Shown one piece after another: positions 42,215 through 53,419 of a stretch of 64,000 bases of DNA. Positions within the stretch are counted from its first letter, which is position 1. Each line of letters begins with the position of its first letter. A program made the position numbers and the translations under genes. The notes under the pieces are model-generated. The model searched no databases, was not told the origin of the DNA, and saw only the letters and a list, made by a program, of their open reading frames with translations. The DNA comes from an uncultured Alphaproteobacteria bacterium (lineage in GTDB: Bacteria > Pseudomonadota > Alphaproteobacteria > Rhizobiales > Xanthobacteraceae), in contig CAVRUP010000024.1 in NCBI GenBank assembly GCA_963724335.1, positions 19,265 through 83,264 of the forward strand. Reading direction: 5' to 3'.

Positions 42215-43429
42215 TTATTTCGGCGGCGGCGGACCGGCGCCCTGCTTGGGCGGTATGGCGCCCTCTTCCTGCGGCGTAACTTTCTGGCCCGGTCGCGCGC
42301 GCATCAACCCGTTCACGATCACGCGGTCGTCGGGATCAAGACCGCTCTTGATCACCCGCAAGTTGTCGCCGGTGGTCTGGCCGAGCGTCACGTATTTCGG
42401 AACGACCGTGTTGTCGGCGTTGACCGTGAGAACGAATTTTCGGGTCTGCTCGGTGCCGATGGCCGCGTCCGGCACAAGCAAGGCTTCATAAGGCGGCGAG
42501 CCGGGCACGCGCACGCGGGCGAACATGCCAGGAGTGAATAAATTGTTGGGATTGGCGAACACCGCGCGGCCGCGGATGGTGCCGGTTGAACGGTCGATCA
42601 CGTTGTCGACGAAATCCATGCGGCCATGGTGATCGAATTTGTCCTCGTCGATCAACTTGAGCGCCACCTGCACGCCGGCGCCGCGGCTGGCGATGTCGTT
42701 GCCGGTCTTCGACATCCGCTCGTAGCGCAGGAAGGAGGCCTCGTCGAAGGTGAACTCGAAATAGATCGGATCGGTCGACACGATGGTGGCGAGCAGCGTG
42801 GTGTTGCCGGCGGTTCCGCCGGTCACCAGGTTGCCGGGCGAGACGCGGCGGTCGCCGATGCGGCCGTTGACCGGCGCGCGCAATTCGGTGAATTCGATGT
42901 CGAGTTCGGCTTGGCGCACGGCGGCCTCGTTGTTGCTAACCGAGGCTTGCGCGTTGTGGTAGGCCTGCACGCGCTGTTCGAAAGTCTGGTCGGTGATGGT
43001 CTTGTCGCGCACCAATTGCTGGCCGCGCGTGTAGTCGGATTGGGTAAAGGCGAGATTTGATTTCGCCTGCGCCAGATTGGCGCGCGCCTGTTCGAGCGTG
43101 TTCTGGAACGGCCGTTTGTCGATGGTGAACAGGAGATCGCCCTGCTTGACGATCTGCCCGTCCTTGAAATGCACGCCGTCGAGATAGCCGGAAACGCGCG
43201 CGCGCACTTCGACGGAATTTATCGCGGTGAAGCGGCCGACATATTCATCGAAATCGGTGACCGTGCGCTTGATCGGCTTCGCAACGGTGACCGCCGGCGG
43301 CGGCGGCGCGCCGCCCTGCTTCTTCGCCTCGCCGCAGCTTGCGACCAAAGTTGCAAGCGCGCACAGCAAAACGATGCTGCGGCCGCGACGCATCAATGAA
43401 AACGATGGAATCGCCCGTGCGAAATTCAT
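42215..43429 (-). CDS. RND efflux periplasmic adaptor (lipoprotein)
   Basis: Lipobox VASC, VEVRARVSG, ELRAPVNGRIG, TGTIRGRA. Confidence 0.93.
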   Translation of the reverse strand: MNFARAIPSFSLMRRGRSIVLLCALATLVASCGEAKKQGGAPPPPAVTVAKPIKRTVTDFDEYVGRFTAINSVEVRARVSGYLDGVHFKDGQIVKQGDLLFTIDKRPFQNTLEQARANLAQAKSNLAFTQSDYTRGQQLVRDKTITDQTFEQRVQAYHNAQASVSNNEAAVRQAELDIEFTELRAPVNGRIGDRRVSPGNLVTGGTAGNTTLLATIVSTDPIYFEFTFDEASFLRYERMSKTGNDIASRGAGVQVALKLIDEDKFDHHGRMDFVDNVIDRSTGTIRGRAVFANPNNLFTPGMFARVRVPGSPPYEALLVPDAAIGTEQTRKFVLTVNADNTVVPKYVTLGQTTGDNLRVIKSGLDPDDRVIVNGLMRARPGQKVTPQEEGAIPPKQGAGPPPPK

Positions 43430-43549
43430 GAATACCTGCGATATCGGCCAACCACGAATAGCCCGGACCGTCCCCATAGCGTCGGCTGGCAGTTATGTCC
43501 ACCGGGGCCGATCAGCAATAGGACCGCGAGAAGTCGACGGAACTTTGCG

Positions 43550-45095
43550 TCAGCCGCGCCGCCGGGCGCGAAATGCGGCAAGCCAGCGCGGTCCGAACAG
43601 CGCCAATACGATGCCGCCATAGACACCGCCGCCGATCACGGCCAGCAGCGCCAGCGACGCCACATCGCGCAGCCGCTGCCAGCCCGCGAACAAATGCGCA
43701 ACCGGAGCATCGCACAGCCACAATATGGCGGCCAGCGCGAGCCCGGCGCCCGCCAGCTTGATCGTCGATTGCCGCAAACGGTCGTCGATATGGACGTGCC
43801 CGGCGCGCGCCGCGAACCAGACCACCAGGCCAAGATTGATCCAGGCGCCGATCGAGGTCGCCAGTGCGAGCCCCACCTGCGCCAGCGGCCCCATCAGCAG
43901 GAACTTGAAGGCGATGTTGACGGCGGCGGCGATCAGCGCCGCCTTCACCGGTGTCGCGGTGTCGCCGCGGGCAAAAAACGTCGCGACCGTGCTGCGGATC
44001 AGCACGAAGGGCAGCAATCCGACCGCGTAAGCCGTCAGCGTGCGGCCGGCGGCAATGGCATCGGCCGCTGTAAAGGCACCGCGCATAAACAGCGCGCGCA
44101 TGATCAGCTCGGGGATGACGAAGAAAGCCGCAAGACAAGGGATCGACAGCAGCAGCGTGAATTCGATCGAGCGGTTCTGCGCGCTTGATGCGCCGGTTTC
44201 GTCGCCGGCGGCAATGCGCCGTGCCATTTCCGGCAAGATGACGGTGCCGGCGGCGATGCCGATGACGCCGATCGGCAGCTGATCGATGCGGTCGGCGTAG
44301 TAAAGCGCGGACAACGCTCCGGCCGGCAGGAAGCTTGCAATGATGGTGTCGGCGAACAGCGCGAGCTGCACGCCCATGGAGCCGACCGTGGCCGGTCCGA
44401 GCGCGCGGAAGAATTTTCGCACGTCGGCATCGAGCTCGGGCCAGCGCAGCGCCGTCATCGCGCCGGCGCGTAAAGTGTCGCCGCCGACCAGCATCACCTG
44501 CAACACGCCGGAGACCAGCACGCCCCAGGCGGCGGCATGGCCGGCCGTCGGAAAGAACGCGGCCAATGCAGCAGCGCCACGATCATCGACAGATTGAGCA
44601 ACGTGGATCGGCGGCAGCCGCGGCGGCAGCGAAACGCTGCAGCGCGTTGAGGATGCCGCCGTAGAGTGTGACCAGAGTGATCAGCAGCAGATAAGGAAAT
44701 GTGATGCGGGTGAGATCGACGGCAAGCACAAAGCGGCCGGGGTCGTGAGCAAACCCGGGTGCTAAAAGGTCGATCACCGTCGGGGTAAACAAAAGCGCGA
44801 GCGCGAGCAGCACGATCTGGCTGGCCAGCAGCAGCGTAAAGATACGGTCGGCGAAAAGTCCGGCGCGAGCGGCTCCGCCCTGCTCGCGGATGCGGGCATA
44901 GGCCGGCACGAACGCGGCATTAAAGGCGCCCTCGGCAAAGATGGCGCGGAAATGATTGGGCAGCCGGAAAGCCACGAAAAAGGCGTCCGCCGCGGGACCC
45001 GCGCCAAGGATCGCGGCCAGCACGATGTCGCGGATAAACCCGGTAATCCGCGACAGCAGCGTCAGCCCGCCGACTGTCAGTATTCGCTCAATCAT
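43550..45095 (-). CDS. murJ: Lipid II flippase MurJ/MviN; frameshift near 44600
   Basis: SRITGFIRD, AFRLPNHFRAIFAEGAF, LYYADRIDQLP, ARGDTATP. Confidence 0.92.
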
Positions 45096-45237
45096 CGTGA
45101 ACTCGTCTGGCGCCGGCGCTCAATTGGTGCCAGTAAATGGTCTTGGACGGCGCGCGGCGATTGCGATAGTTAGTGCCGTTTCTTTGCCTTAGGACGATTC
45201 CCGCCCCAAACATAGAGCCTCGAACGGCCTTACCCCT

Positions 45238-46653
45238 ATGCCCTCTCCGATCATCCCAGTTCTCCTCGCCGGCGGCACAGGTACGCGCCTTTGGCCGGTT
45301 TCACGCGACGCCCTGCCGAAACAGTTTTTGCCCCTGGTCGGCGATCGTTCGACCTATCAGGAGACATTGCTCCGCGTGCAGGACCCGATGTTCGCGCCGC
45401 CTATCGTCATTACCGGCCCGAACTTCCATTTCTTCGCCCGGCGGCAGGCCGAGGACGTCGGCGTAGAGGCGACGGTGGTGATCGAGCCGCTGCGGCGCGA
45501 CTCTGCGGCCGGCGATCGCCGCTGCCACCGCAGTGGCGCGCGCAGCGCGATCCGGAAGCCGTAGTACTGGCGCTCGCCGCGGACCATATCATCCTCGACG
45601 TCGCAGAAATTCCGCGCCACCTGCCTGGCCGGCCGCGAGGCTGCCGAGGCCGGGCGCATCGTGACCTTCGGCATCAAGCCGACCGAGCCGAAGACCAGCT
45701 ACGGCTATATCCTTCCGGGCGAGGCCATCGGCAAGACCGGCGTGCACGCCGTCAAGCGCTTCGTCGAGAAGCCGGACGCCGCCACCGCCGCCGGCTACGT
45801 TCGTGAGGGCTATCTGTGGAATTCGGGCAATTTCCTGTTCCGCGCCGACGTGCTGCTGTCCGAACTGGCTAGGCTCGAGCCGGCGATAGCGGAAGCGATC
45901 GAGGCCGCGGTCGCGCAGGCCACGAGTGACCTTGGCTTCCTGCGCCTGCAGCCGGAGGCGTTCGCGCGCGCGCCGCTCAAATCGATCGATTACGCGGTGA
46001 TGGAAAAGACCGACCGCGCCGCGGTGGTGGCGGGCGATTTCCGCTGGTCGGACATCGGCAGCTGGGATGCGCTGTTCGACATCACGCCGCCTGACGCGGC
46101 CGGCAATGTCGTGCACGGGCCGGCGGTGACCATGGATGCCACCGGTTGCGTGCTGCACTCCGACGGCCGGCTCGTCACCGCGGTCGGCGTCAAGGACCTG
46201 GTGGTGGTGAGCACGTCGGACGCGGTGATGGTGGTGCCGCGCGCCCGCTCGCAGGAGGTCAAGGAGCTGGTGGCCAAGCTCAAGGCCGCCAAGCGTCCGG
46301 AAGCCACCGACCACAAGCGCGTGCACCGGCCCTGGGGCTATTACGAGTTGATCGATATGGGCGAGCGCTTCCAGGTCAAGCGCATCGTCGTGATCCCGGG
46401 CGGCGTGCTGTCGCTGCAGAAGCACCGCCACCGCGCCGAGCACTGGGTGGTCGTGGGCGGCACCGCCGAGGTCACCATCGGCGACACGGTGCGCGCGGTG
46501 CACGAAAACGAATTGGTCTATATCCCGATCGGCAGCGTTCACCGTATGGCCAACCGCGGCAAAATCCCGCTCGAATTGATCGAGGTGCAGACCGGCAGCT
46601 ATCTCGGCGAGGACGACATCGAACGCATCGAGGATATTTACAAGCGCAGTTGA
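45238..46653 (+). CDS. manC: Mannose-1-phosphate guanylyltransferase/mannose-6-phosphate isomerase; frameshifts near 45510-45610
   Basis: LAGGTGTRLWPVSR..PKQF, WNSGNF, SIDYAVMEK, RPWGYY, SLQKHRHRAEHW. Confidence 0.93.
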
Positions 46654-46713
46654 AGCCGGCGATTGATCTCCCTCCTCGGGGGAGACAGTCATTCGATCTA
46701 TTTTTCAGCGCAA

Positions 46714-47082
46714 TCAAGCAGCCGTGACGACCGGCTTGGCCACGGCGTTCTTAAATTGCTCGAAAGCATCTAGCGCGTGACTGGCGTACATGACCGATGG
46801 GCCGGCACCCATGTAAACGGCCATGCCGAGCGTCTCCAAGACTTCATCGCGCGAGGCGCCTTGCTCCAATGCGGCCTTGACATGAAAGCCGATGCAGTCG
46901 TCGCACCGCAGCGCGACCGCGATGCCAAGGGCGATCAGCTCTTTGGTCTTGCAGTCGAGCGCCTTGGGGGCCAGCGCGGCTTGCGCGAGACCGGAAAACG
47001 CCTTCATGACCTCGGGCGCGCCGCTTCGCAAAGTTCGCAAATGAGCGCTCAGGTCTTTCGTCTGCTCTGGCCAATTCGTCAT
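46714..47082 (-). CDS. Carboxymuconolactone decarboxylase/AhpD family protein
   Basis: KTKELIALGIAVALRCDDCIGFH (CxxC). Confidence 0.9.
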   Translation of the reverse strand: MTNWPEQTKDLSAHLRTLRSGAPEVMKAFSGLAQAALAPKALDCKTKELIALGIAVALRCDDCIGFHVKAALEQGASRDEVLETLGMAVYMGAGPSVMYASHALDAFEQFKNAVAKPVVTAA

Positions 47083-47179
47083 CCGTCGATCTCCATGACA
47101 ATGCGCGGCGCGCCTTTACGGTTCGCGCAATTTCATATTCGCAAGGCTACATATGATAATTGTCTCGCACCGCGCGATC

Positions 47180-47193
47180 TTGATTTCGATCAA
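47180..47193. promoter_or_regulatory. FNR/FixK-type binding site upstream of the CMD gene
   Basis: Perfect TTGAT-TTCG-ATCAA; TATCAT -10-like hexamer on the minus strand at 47153-47158. Confidence 0.75.
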
Positions 47194-47236
47194 AATCAGG
47201 CTCGGCAGTCGCGTCGCGTGGGCCGCCTACGCCGCC

Positions 47237-49133
47237 CTACAAAATCCCGCGCTGTTGCAGCGTTTCAATCACTTCGTTCGCCAGTCGATCGGCTTCCTTG
47301 ATGCCGGCCAAGAGATGGAGTTCGGGATTTTCCGGCGCTTCATAGGGCTGATCGACGCCGGTGAAGTTCTTGATCTCGCCGGCGAGCGCGCGCCGATACA
47401 AGCCCTTGGGATCGCGCGCGACGCATTGGTCGATCGGCGTGTCGACGAAGACTTCGATGAATTCATCGCTGTCGAGCAGTTCCCGCACCATGCGGCGTTC
47501 GGCGCGGAACGGCGAGATGAACGAGCAGAGCACGATGAGGCCGGCGTCGGTCATCAGCTTGGCGACCTCGCCGATGCGCCGGATATTCTCCACCCGGTCA
47601 GGCTCGGTAAAGCCCAGGTCCTTGTTCAGTCCGTGCCGCACATTGTCGCCGTCCAATATGACGGTATGCGCGCCGCGCGCATGCAAAGCGGCCTCGACAA
47701 GGTTGGCGATGGTCGACTTGCCCGAACTCGGCAGACCGGTGAACCACAACACCGCCGGACGGTGGTGCATGAGGCTCACACGTCCGGTTTTGCTCACCAG
47801 ATGATCGTGATGATGAATATTGGTCGCCCGGCGCAGCGCAAAATCGATCATTCCGCCGGCGACCGTTTCGTTCGAATAGCGATCGATCAGGATAAAGGCG
47901 CCGGTAGCGCGATTGTTCGCATAGGCGTCGAACACGACCGGCCGGGAAACGGATAGATTGCACACGCCCACCTCGTTCAGCGCCAGCGTCTTGGCGGCGA
48001 GCTTCGAGAGCGTCGTGACGTCGATCCGGTGCTTGATCTCAGTCACGGTCGCCGGCAGCGTATTGTGGTTGATTTTCATCAGGTAGGACCGCCCAGGGAA
48101 AAGGTCTTCCGCAGACATCCACACCAGATGCGCCGCGAACTGGTCGGCGACCTGCGGGCGGTCGCGCAGCGCGGCGATCATGTCGCCGCGCGTCACATCG
48201 ATTTCATCGGCGAGCGTGAGGGTAACGCTATCTCCGGCTTGCGCGACGCCGCTATTGCCGGCCGGAACTGTCACCGCTTTGACCTTGGTGGCCCGCCCCG
48301 ATGGAAGCAGCACCACCTCGTCACCCGCCTTGACGCTGCCGCTCGCGATCATGCCGGCGAAACCGCGGAAATCGGCATTGGGCCGGTTGACCCATTGCAC
48401 CGGCATGCGGAACGGCTTGCCGGCGCGATTATCCTCGACGTCGACCGTTTCGAGATAGTCGAGCAGATGCGGCCCGCGAATACCAGGGCGTGCGCTCGCT
48501 GGGCGCGGAGACATTGTCGCCGTAGCGCGCCGACACCGGGATCGCCCTGATTTCCTCGAAGCCGAGCGCGCCGGCAAAGCGGTCGAAACTCGACGATATC
48601 TGCTCGAACACGGCTTGATCGAAGCCGACCAGATCGATCTTGTTCACCGCAAGAACGACGTGGCGAATGCCCATGAGGCTCGCGATGATCGCGTGACGAT
48701 GCGTCTGGCTGAGCAGGCCCTTGCGCGCGTCCACCAGCAGAACCGCGAGCTCGGCATTGGACGCGCCCGTCGCCATGTTGCGGGTATATTGCTCGTGGCC
48801 CGGCGTGTCGGCGACGACGAAAGCGCGCCGCGGCGTGGAGAAATAGCGATAGGCCACGTCGATAGTGATGCCCTGTTCGCGCTCGGCTTCCAGGCCATCG
48901 AGCAGCAAAGCGAAATCGATGCCCGCCCCGTTAGTGCCGTTCTTTTTCGAATCGCGCTCGAGTGCGGCCAGCTGATCGTCAAAGATGAGGTTCTGCTCGT
49001 AAAGCAGACGGCCGATCAAGGTCGATTTACCGTCGTCGACCGAGCCGCATGTCAAAAAGCGCAAGGCTGGGCGCGCATCGACGCCGGCGTTGCGTTCGGG
49101 CGCATCTGCGGCAAGGGGCGCCGGACCTCGCAT
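47237..49133 (-). CDS. cysNC: Bifunctional sulfate adenylyltransferase subunit 1/APS kinase (CysNC/NodQ-like); frameshift near 48480
   Basis: [50 protein letters not shown]. Confidence 0.93.
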
Positions 49134-50044
49134 CAGAAATACCCCTCGCGCTTTTTCTTTTCCATCGATCCTGCCTCGTCGTGATCGATGATACGGCCCT
49201 GCCGCTCCGAACCGGTCGACCCGCGCATTTCCGCGATGATTGCGTCAAGCGTGGCGGCGTTCGATTGGATCGCGCCGGTCAACGGATAGCAACCGAGGGT
49301 GCGGAAGCGGACTTGCAACATCCGCGGTTTTTCGCCGGGCGCGAGCGGCAGCCGGTCGTCGTCGACCATGATCAGCGTGCCATCGCGTTCCACGACCGGA
49401 CGCCGTTTGGCGAAGTACAAAGGCACGACCTGGATATCCTCCGCCCGGATGTATTCCCATACATCCAGTTCGGTCCAATTGGATAATGGGAAGACACGCA
49501 TCGATTCGCCGGTCTTGATCCGGGTATTGAACAGCCGCCACAGCTCGGGCCGTTGATTGCGCGGATCCCAGCCGTGGCTGGCGGAGCGGTGCGAGAAGAT
49601 GCGCTCCTTGGCGCGGCTCTTTTCCTCATCGCGCCGCGCCCCGCCGAAGGCCGCATCGAAACGCCACTTGTCCAGCGCCTGGCGCAGCCCTTCCGTCTTC
49701 ATGACCTGCGTGTGGATCGCCGAGCCCGAGGATACCGGCGAAATACCGCGCGCAAGCCCCTCTTGGTTGACATGCACAAGCAAATCCATGCCGAGCCGAC
49801 CCGCCGTCTGGTCGCGGAACGCGATCATCTCGCGGAATTTCCAGGTCGTGTCGACGTGCAGCAGCGGAAACGGCGGCTTGGCCGGGTGAAACGCCTTTTG
49901 TGCGATGCGCAGCAGCGCGCTCGAATCCTTGCCCATCGAATAGAGCATCACGGGGTTGCTGAATTCGCTGACCACCTCGCGCATAATGTAGATCGCCTCG
50001 GCCTCGAGCCGACGCAGGCGAACGTTCTGGTCACGCCAATTCAT
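49133..50044 (-). CDS. cysD: Sulfate adenylyltransferase subunit 2
   Basis: [42 protein letters not shown]. Confidence 0.96.
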   Translation of the reverse strand: MNWRDQNVRLRRLEAEAIYIMREVVSEFSNPVMLYSMGKDSSALLRIAQKAFHPAKPPFPLLHVDTTWKFREMIAFRDQTAGRLGMDLLVHVNQEGLARGISPVSSGSAIHTQVMKTEGLRQALDKWRFDAAFGGARRDEEKSRAKERIFSHRSASHGWDPRNQRPELWRLFNTRIKTGESMRVFPLSNWTELDVWEYIRAEDIQVVPLYFAKRRPVVERDGTLIMVDDDRLPLAPGEKPRMLQVRFRTLGCYPLTGAIQSNAATLDAIIAEMRGSTGSERQGRIIDHDEAGSMEKKKREGYF

Positions 50045-50154
50045 CCGATCAATCCGAGCCCTTTGCCCGGTAGTGCTACTTCATTTCGATCGTTTACGGG
50101 AGAAACTGATATTTCAATTTTGCAAGCCGCACGGAAAAATTAGCCTCTAAATCC

Positions 50155-51279
50155 TCACGACACTAGTGCGCGACGGGTGGCATCGATGATGCGGTCCTGC
50201 GTCGGGGCGTCGAGATAGGCATGCATCGGCAGACTGATGACTTCGCCGGCCAAGCGATCGCTCACCGTTACGCCGCCCTCGCCCACTGGGTAATGCTTGT
50301 AGGCCTGCTGCCGGTGCAGCGGGATCGGATAATAGATCGCCGTCGGGATGCCTTCCGCCTTGAGCGCGGCCGCCAATTTATCGCGACGGCCACCGGCGAC
50401 GCGAATGGTGTATTGCGCCCACACCGAGGTCGAACCAGGCGGCACTTTGGGGACAATCACAAGGTCGCGCAACGCCTCGGAATAACGGCGAGCGATCCGG
50501 TTACGCGTCTCGATCTCGTCCGGGAAGATCTTCAGCTTTTCGATCAAGATCGCCGCCTGGATGGTGTCGAGGCGCGAGGCAAGGCCGATACGTATGTTGT
50601 CGTATCGATCGCTGCCCTGGCCGTGCATGCGTAAGCTGCGCAGCATCTCGGCCATTTCATCGTCGTCGGTCATCACCGCGCCGCCGTCGCCGTAGCAGCC
50701 GAGCGGCTTGGCCGGAAAGAAGCTGGTGGCGGTGGCGTGCCCGAAGCTGCCGAGCCGGCGGTTATTGAAGGTCGCGCCGAACGCCTGCGCGGCGTCGTCG
50801 AGGATGAACAGGCCTTCCGCCTCGGCAGCGGCGGCGACGGCCGCATGGTCGGCCGCCAAGCCGAACAGGTCGACCGGGATGATCGCCTTCGGCGTGAGCC
50901 CCGCGCTTTTTGCCGCCGCGATCGCGCCCGCGATTCGGTTCGCGTCTATATTGAACGTAGCTGCGTCGACATCGACGAAAACCGGCACCGCGCCCACCAG
51001 CGCCGCCACTTCGGCGGTCGCACAAAACGTGAATGTTGGACAGATCACCGCGTCGCCCGGCCCAATTCCCCGCGCCCGCAGCGCCAGCACCAGTGCGTCG
51101 GTGCCGCTGGCGCAGGTGACGGCGTGGCGCGCGCCGCAGAATTTCGCCAGCTCCGCCTCGAACGTCCGCACTTCCGGGCCGAGGATGAACTGACAATGCC
51201 CGAGCACGCGCGCGACCGCGGCATCGATGGCGCCGCCGAGGCGGCGGCGCTGCGCGGCCACGTCGATGAATGGAATCAT
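50155..51279 (-). CDS. DegT/DnrJ/EryC1/StrS sugar aminotransferase
   Basis: SGTDAL, DDAAQAFGA, SFFPAKPLGCYGDGG, SRLDTIQAA. Confidence 0.93.
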   Translation of the reverse strand: MIPFIDVAAQRRRLGGAIDAAVARVLGHCQFILGPEVRTFEAELAKFCGARHAVTCASGTDALVLALRARGIGPGDAVICPTFTFCATAEVAALVGAVPVFVDVDAATFNIDANRIAGAIAAAKSAGLTPKAIIPVDLFGLAADHAAVAAAAEAEGLFILDDAAQAFGATFNNRRLGSFGHATATSFFPAKPLGCYGDGGAVMTDDDEMAEMLRSLRMHGQGSDRYDNIRIGLASRLDTIQAAILIEKLKIFPDEIETRNRIARRYSEALRDLVIVPKVPPGSTSVWAQYTIRVAGGRRDKLAAALKAEGIPTAIYYPIPLHRQQAYKHYPVGEGGVTVSDRLAGEVISLPMHAYLDAPTQDRIIDATRRALVS

Positions 51280-51328
51280 GGGCGGGTTGGGTCGCTGAAT
51301 TCATACTCATTCCAAGCAATGGCGCCGG

Positions 51329-52331
51329 TCAGCCGGCAACCACGCGCGGCGCCTGCCGCTGTGACGAGGCCACCGCCCCCGGGCGGGCGGCCAGACAGCG
51401 GATAGCGATTTCGAGGCTGGCCACGCCTTCCTCTCCGGTCACCGCCGCCGCCGACCCGGACCGCACGGCGCGCAGGAATGCCAGCAGCTCGGAGCGCAGG
51501 GGCTCGGCATGCCCGACCGAAAGATGACGCATGGAATAGCTGCCGTCCGGCTGGAAGCCGAAGCACTCGGTCACCTGGCGGGTGAGCAGATCGGCCATGA
51601 TGTATTTGCCGCGCGTGGCGACGATGACCGTGCGCGCCTTGAACGGCGTGAGCCAGTTGGTGTTGATGTGCGCGAGCACGCCCGACGCGGTCCGGAACTG
51701 CAAGAGCGCGATATCCTCGCGCTCGGCCACCGCGCTGGAAAGCTGCGGCTGCACTTCGACAATCTCGGAATCGGTGAACCAGCGGATCAGGTCGATATCG
51801 TGCACGGCCAGATCGATGACCACGCCCACATTCGACATGCGCGGCGGGAACGGTCCGACCCGGGTGATGGCGATCGAAAGTATATCCTCGTTGCGGATGG
51901 CTTCCTTGATCGCCTCGACCGCCGGATTGAAACGCTCGACGTGGCCGACCATCAGCGCGACGCCGGCGCGGCGCGCCGCGGCGATGATCTCGCGGCCTTC
52001 CTCGACCGACGATGCGATCGGCTTTTCCACCATGACGTGGACCCCGCGCGCGATGCAGGCGAGCGCGATGTCGCGGTGAAGATGGGTCGGCGCCGCGATC
52101 GTGATGGCGTCGACCTTGAGGTCGAGCAACTCATTGACGTTGGCGACGGCGGCGCAGCCAAGGGTGCGGGCGACGAATTCGGCCTGCTTGCGGTCGGGAT
52201 CGGCGACGCCGACGAGTTCGGCCCCCGGCAGGCCCGTGTAACACCCGGGCATGGTTGCTGCCCATTACGCCGACGCCGACCACGCCGATCCGCAACAAAG
52301 GCTCCGCATCCGGTTTTACCGCTTGCGTCAT
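51329..52331 (-). CDS. Gfo/Idh/MocA oxidoreductase (nucleotide-sugar dehydrogenase); frameshift near 52240
   Basis: IGVVGVGVMGSNHAR, VEKPIA, GHVERFNPA, DLAVHDID. Confidence 0.9.
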
Positions 52332-52501
52332 GTTCTGACGGATATCCCCTGGCCCTGACCCTTTAGCCAAGCCATCCCCTAGCACGCTCAGCGGCGGCTG
52401 GCGACCACCGCAGGAAATTGCCGCGAACACGTTTTGATTCAAAGCGTTACAGAAATTACCGCGGCGTAAAACCGACGCCTGATGAAGCGAAATGGGCTTG
52501 C

Positions 52502-53254
52502 TTATTCAGCGGCGCGCGAGGCGGGAACCGAAAGTTGCAAGCCGGCAGCCTGGGCGTCCTCGCGGAAAGATTTCACCGCCCCAAGCGAGAGCTCCGCCGC
52601 GGATTTGGTGCCCAGCACCGGAAGTTTCTTGAGCACGTCGGCCGGCGCGGTGATGATGTGGCAGCCCATGGCATCGGCTTCCACGACGTTGAAAACTTCG
52701 CGCGTGGAGGCCCAGATGATCTCGATATTCCGCGTCTTGCGGGCGCGCGCGACCGCATCCTGCATGATCGGCCGGTAGTCGATGCCGAAATCGGCCAGCC
52801 GTCCGGCGAATACCGACACGCAGGCCGGCGCGCCGCCGTCGAGCGCCTCGACCGCGCGGGCGACCTGCTCGGGCGTGAAGATCGCGGTCATGTTGATTTT
52901 GACGCCGTCGTGCGACAACGATCGCACCACGTCGAACAGTGGCTCGTTGCGCGTCGTCGTCACCGGCAGCTTGACGTAGACGTTCTTGCCCCAGGCGGTG
53001 ATGACGCGCGCCTGCGCGACCATTTCGGGAATGTCGTCGGAGAATACCTCGAACGAGATGTGGCGGTCGGGCACGGCGGCGACCAGATCGCGCGCAAAGG
53101 CCTCGTAGTCGCTCACCCCAGCCTTCTTGAGCAGCGAGGGATTGGTGGTAAATCCGGCAATCCAGGCCTGTTTGGCCATCTCGACGATCTGCGCCTTGTC
53201 GGCGCCGTCGGTGAAGAGTTTAACCTTTAAATCGGCCAGTCTCGGCATGCGCAT
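52502..53254 (-). CDS. Transaldolase family protein
   Basis: LFTDGAD, GFTTNPSL, NVYVKLP, INMTAIF, SVFAGR, IWASTRE. Confidence 0.9.
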   Translation of the reverse strand: MRMPRLADLKVKLFTDGADKAQIVEMAKQAWIAGFTTNPSLLKKAGVSDYEAFARDLVAAVPDRHISFEVFSDDIPEMVAQARVITAWGKNVYVKLPVTTTRNEPLFDVVRSLSHDGVKINMTAIFTPEQVARAVEALDGGAPACVSVFAGRLADFGIDYRPIMQDAVARARKTRNIEIIWASTREVFNVVEADAMGCHIITAPADVLKKLPVLGTKSAAELSLGAVKSFREDAQAAGLQLSVPASRAAE

Positions 53255-53419
53255 CGCCTTTTTCGATTTGCCATTTATCCCATTCTCATCGCGGCACAAT
53301 CAAGCTATGAGCAGTGAAATTCTAGGATTTCCCCCACGCGCGTTCCACCGACCGCCGATTTACGCCATCACGACGAACCGCACAAATCCGCGCCAGTTGC
53401 TCCGCAGGACCCCCGATCA

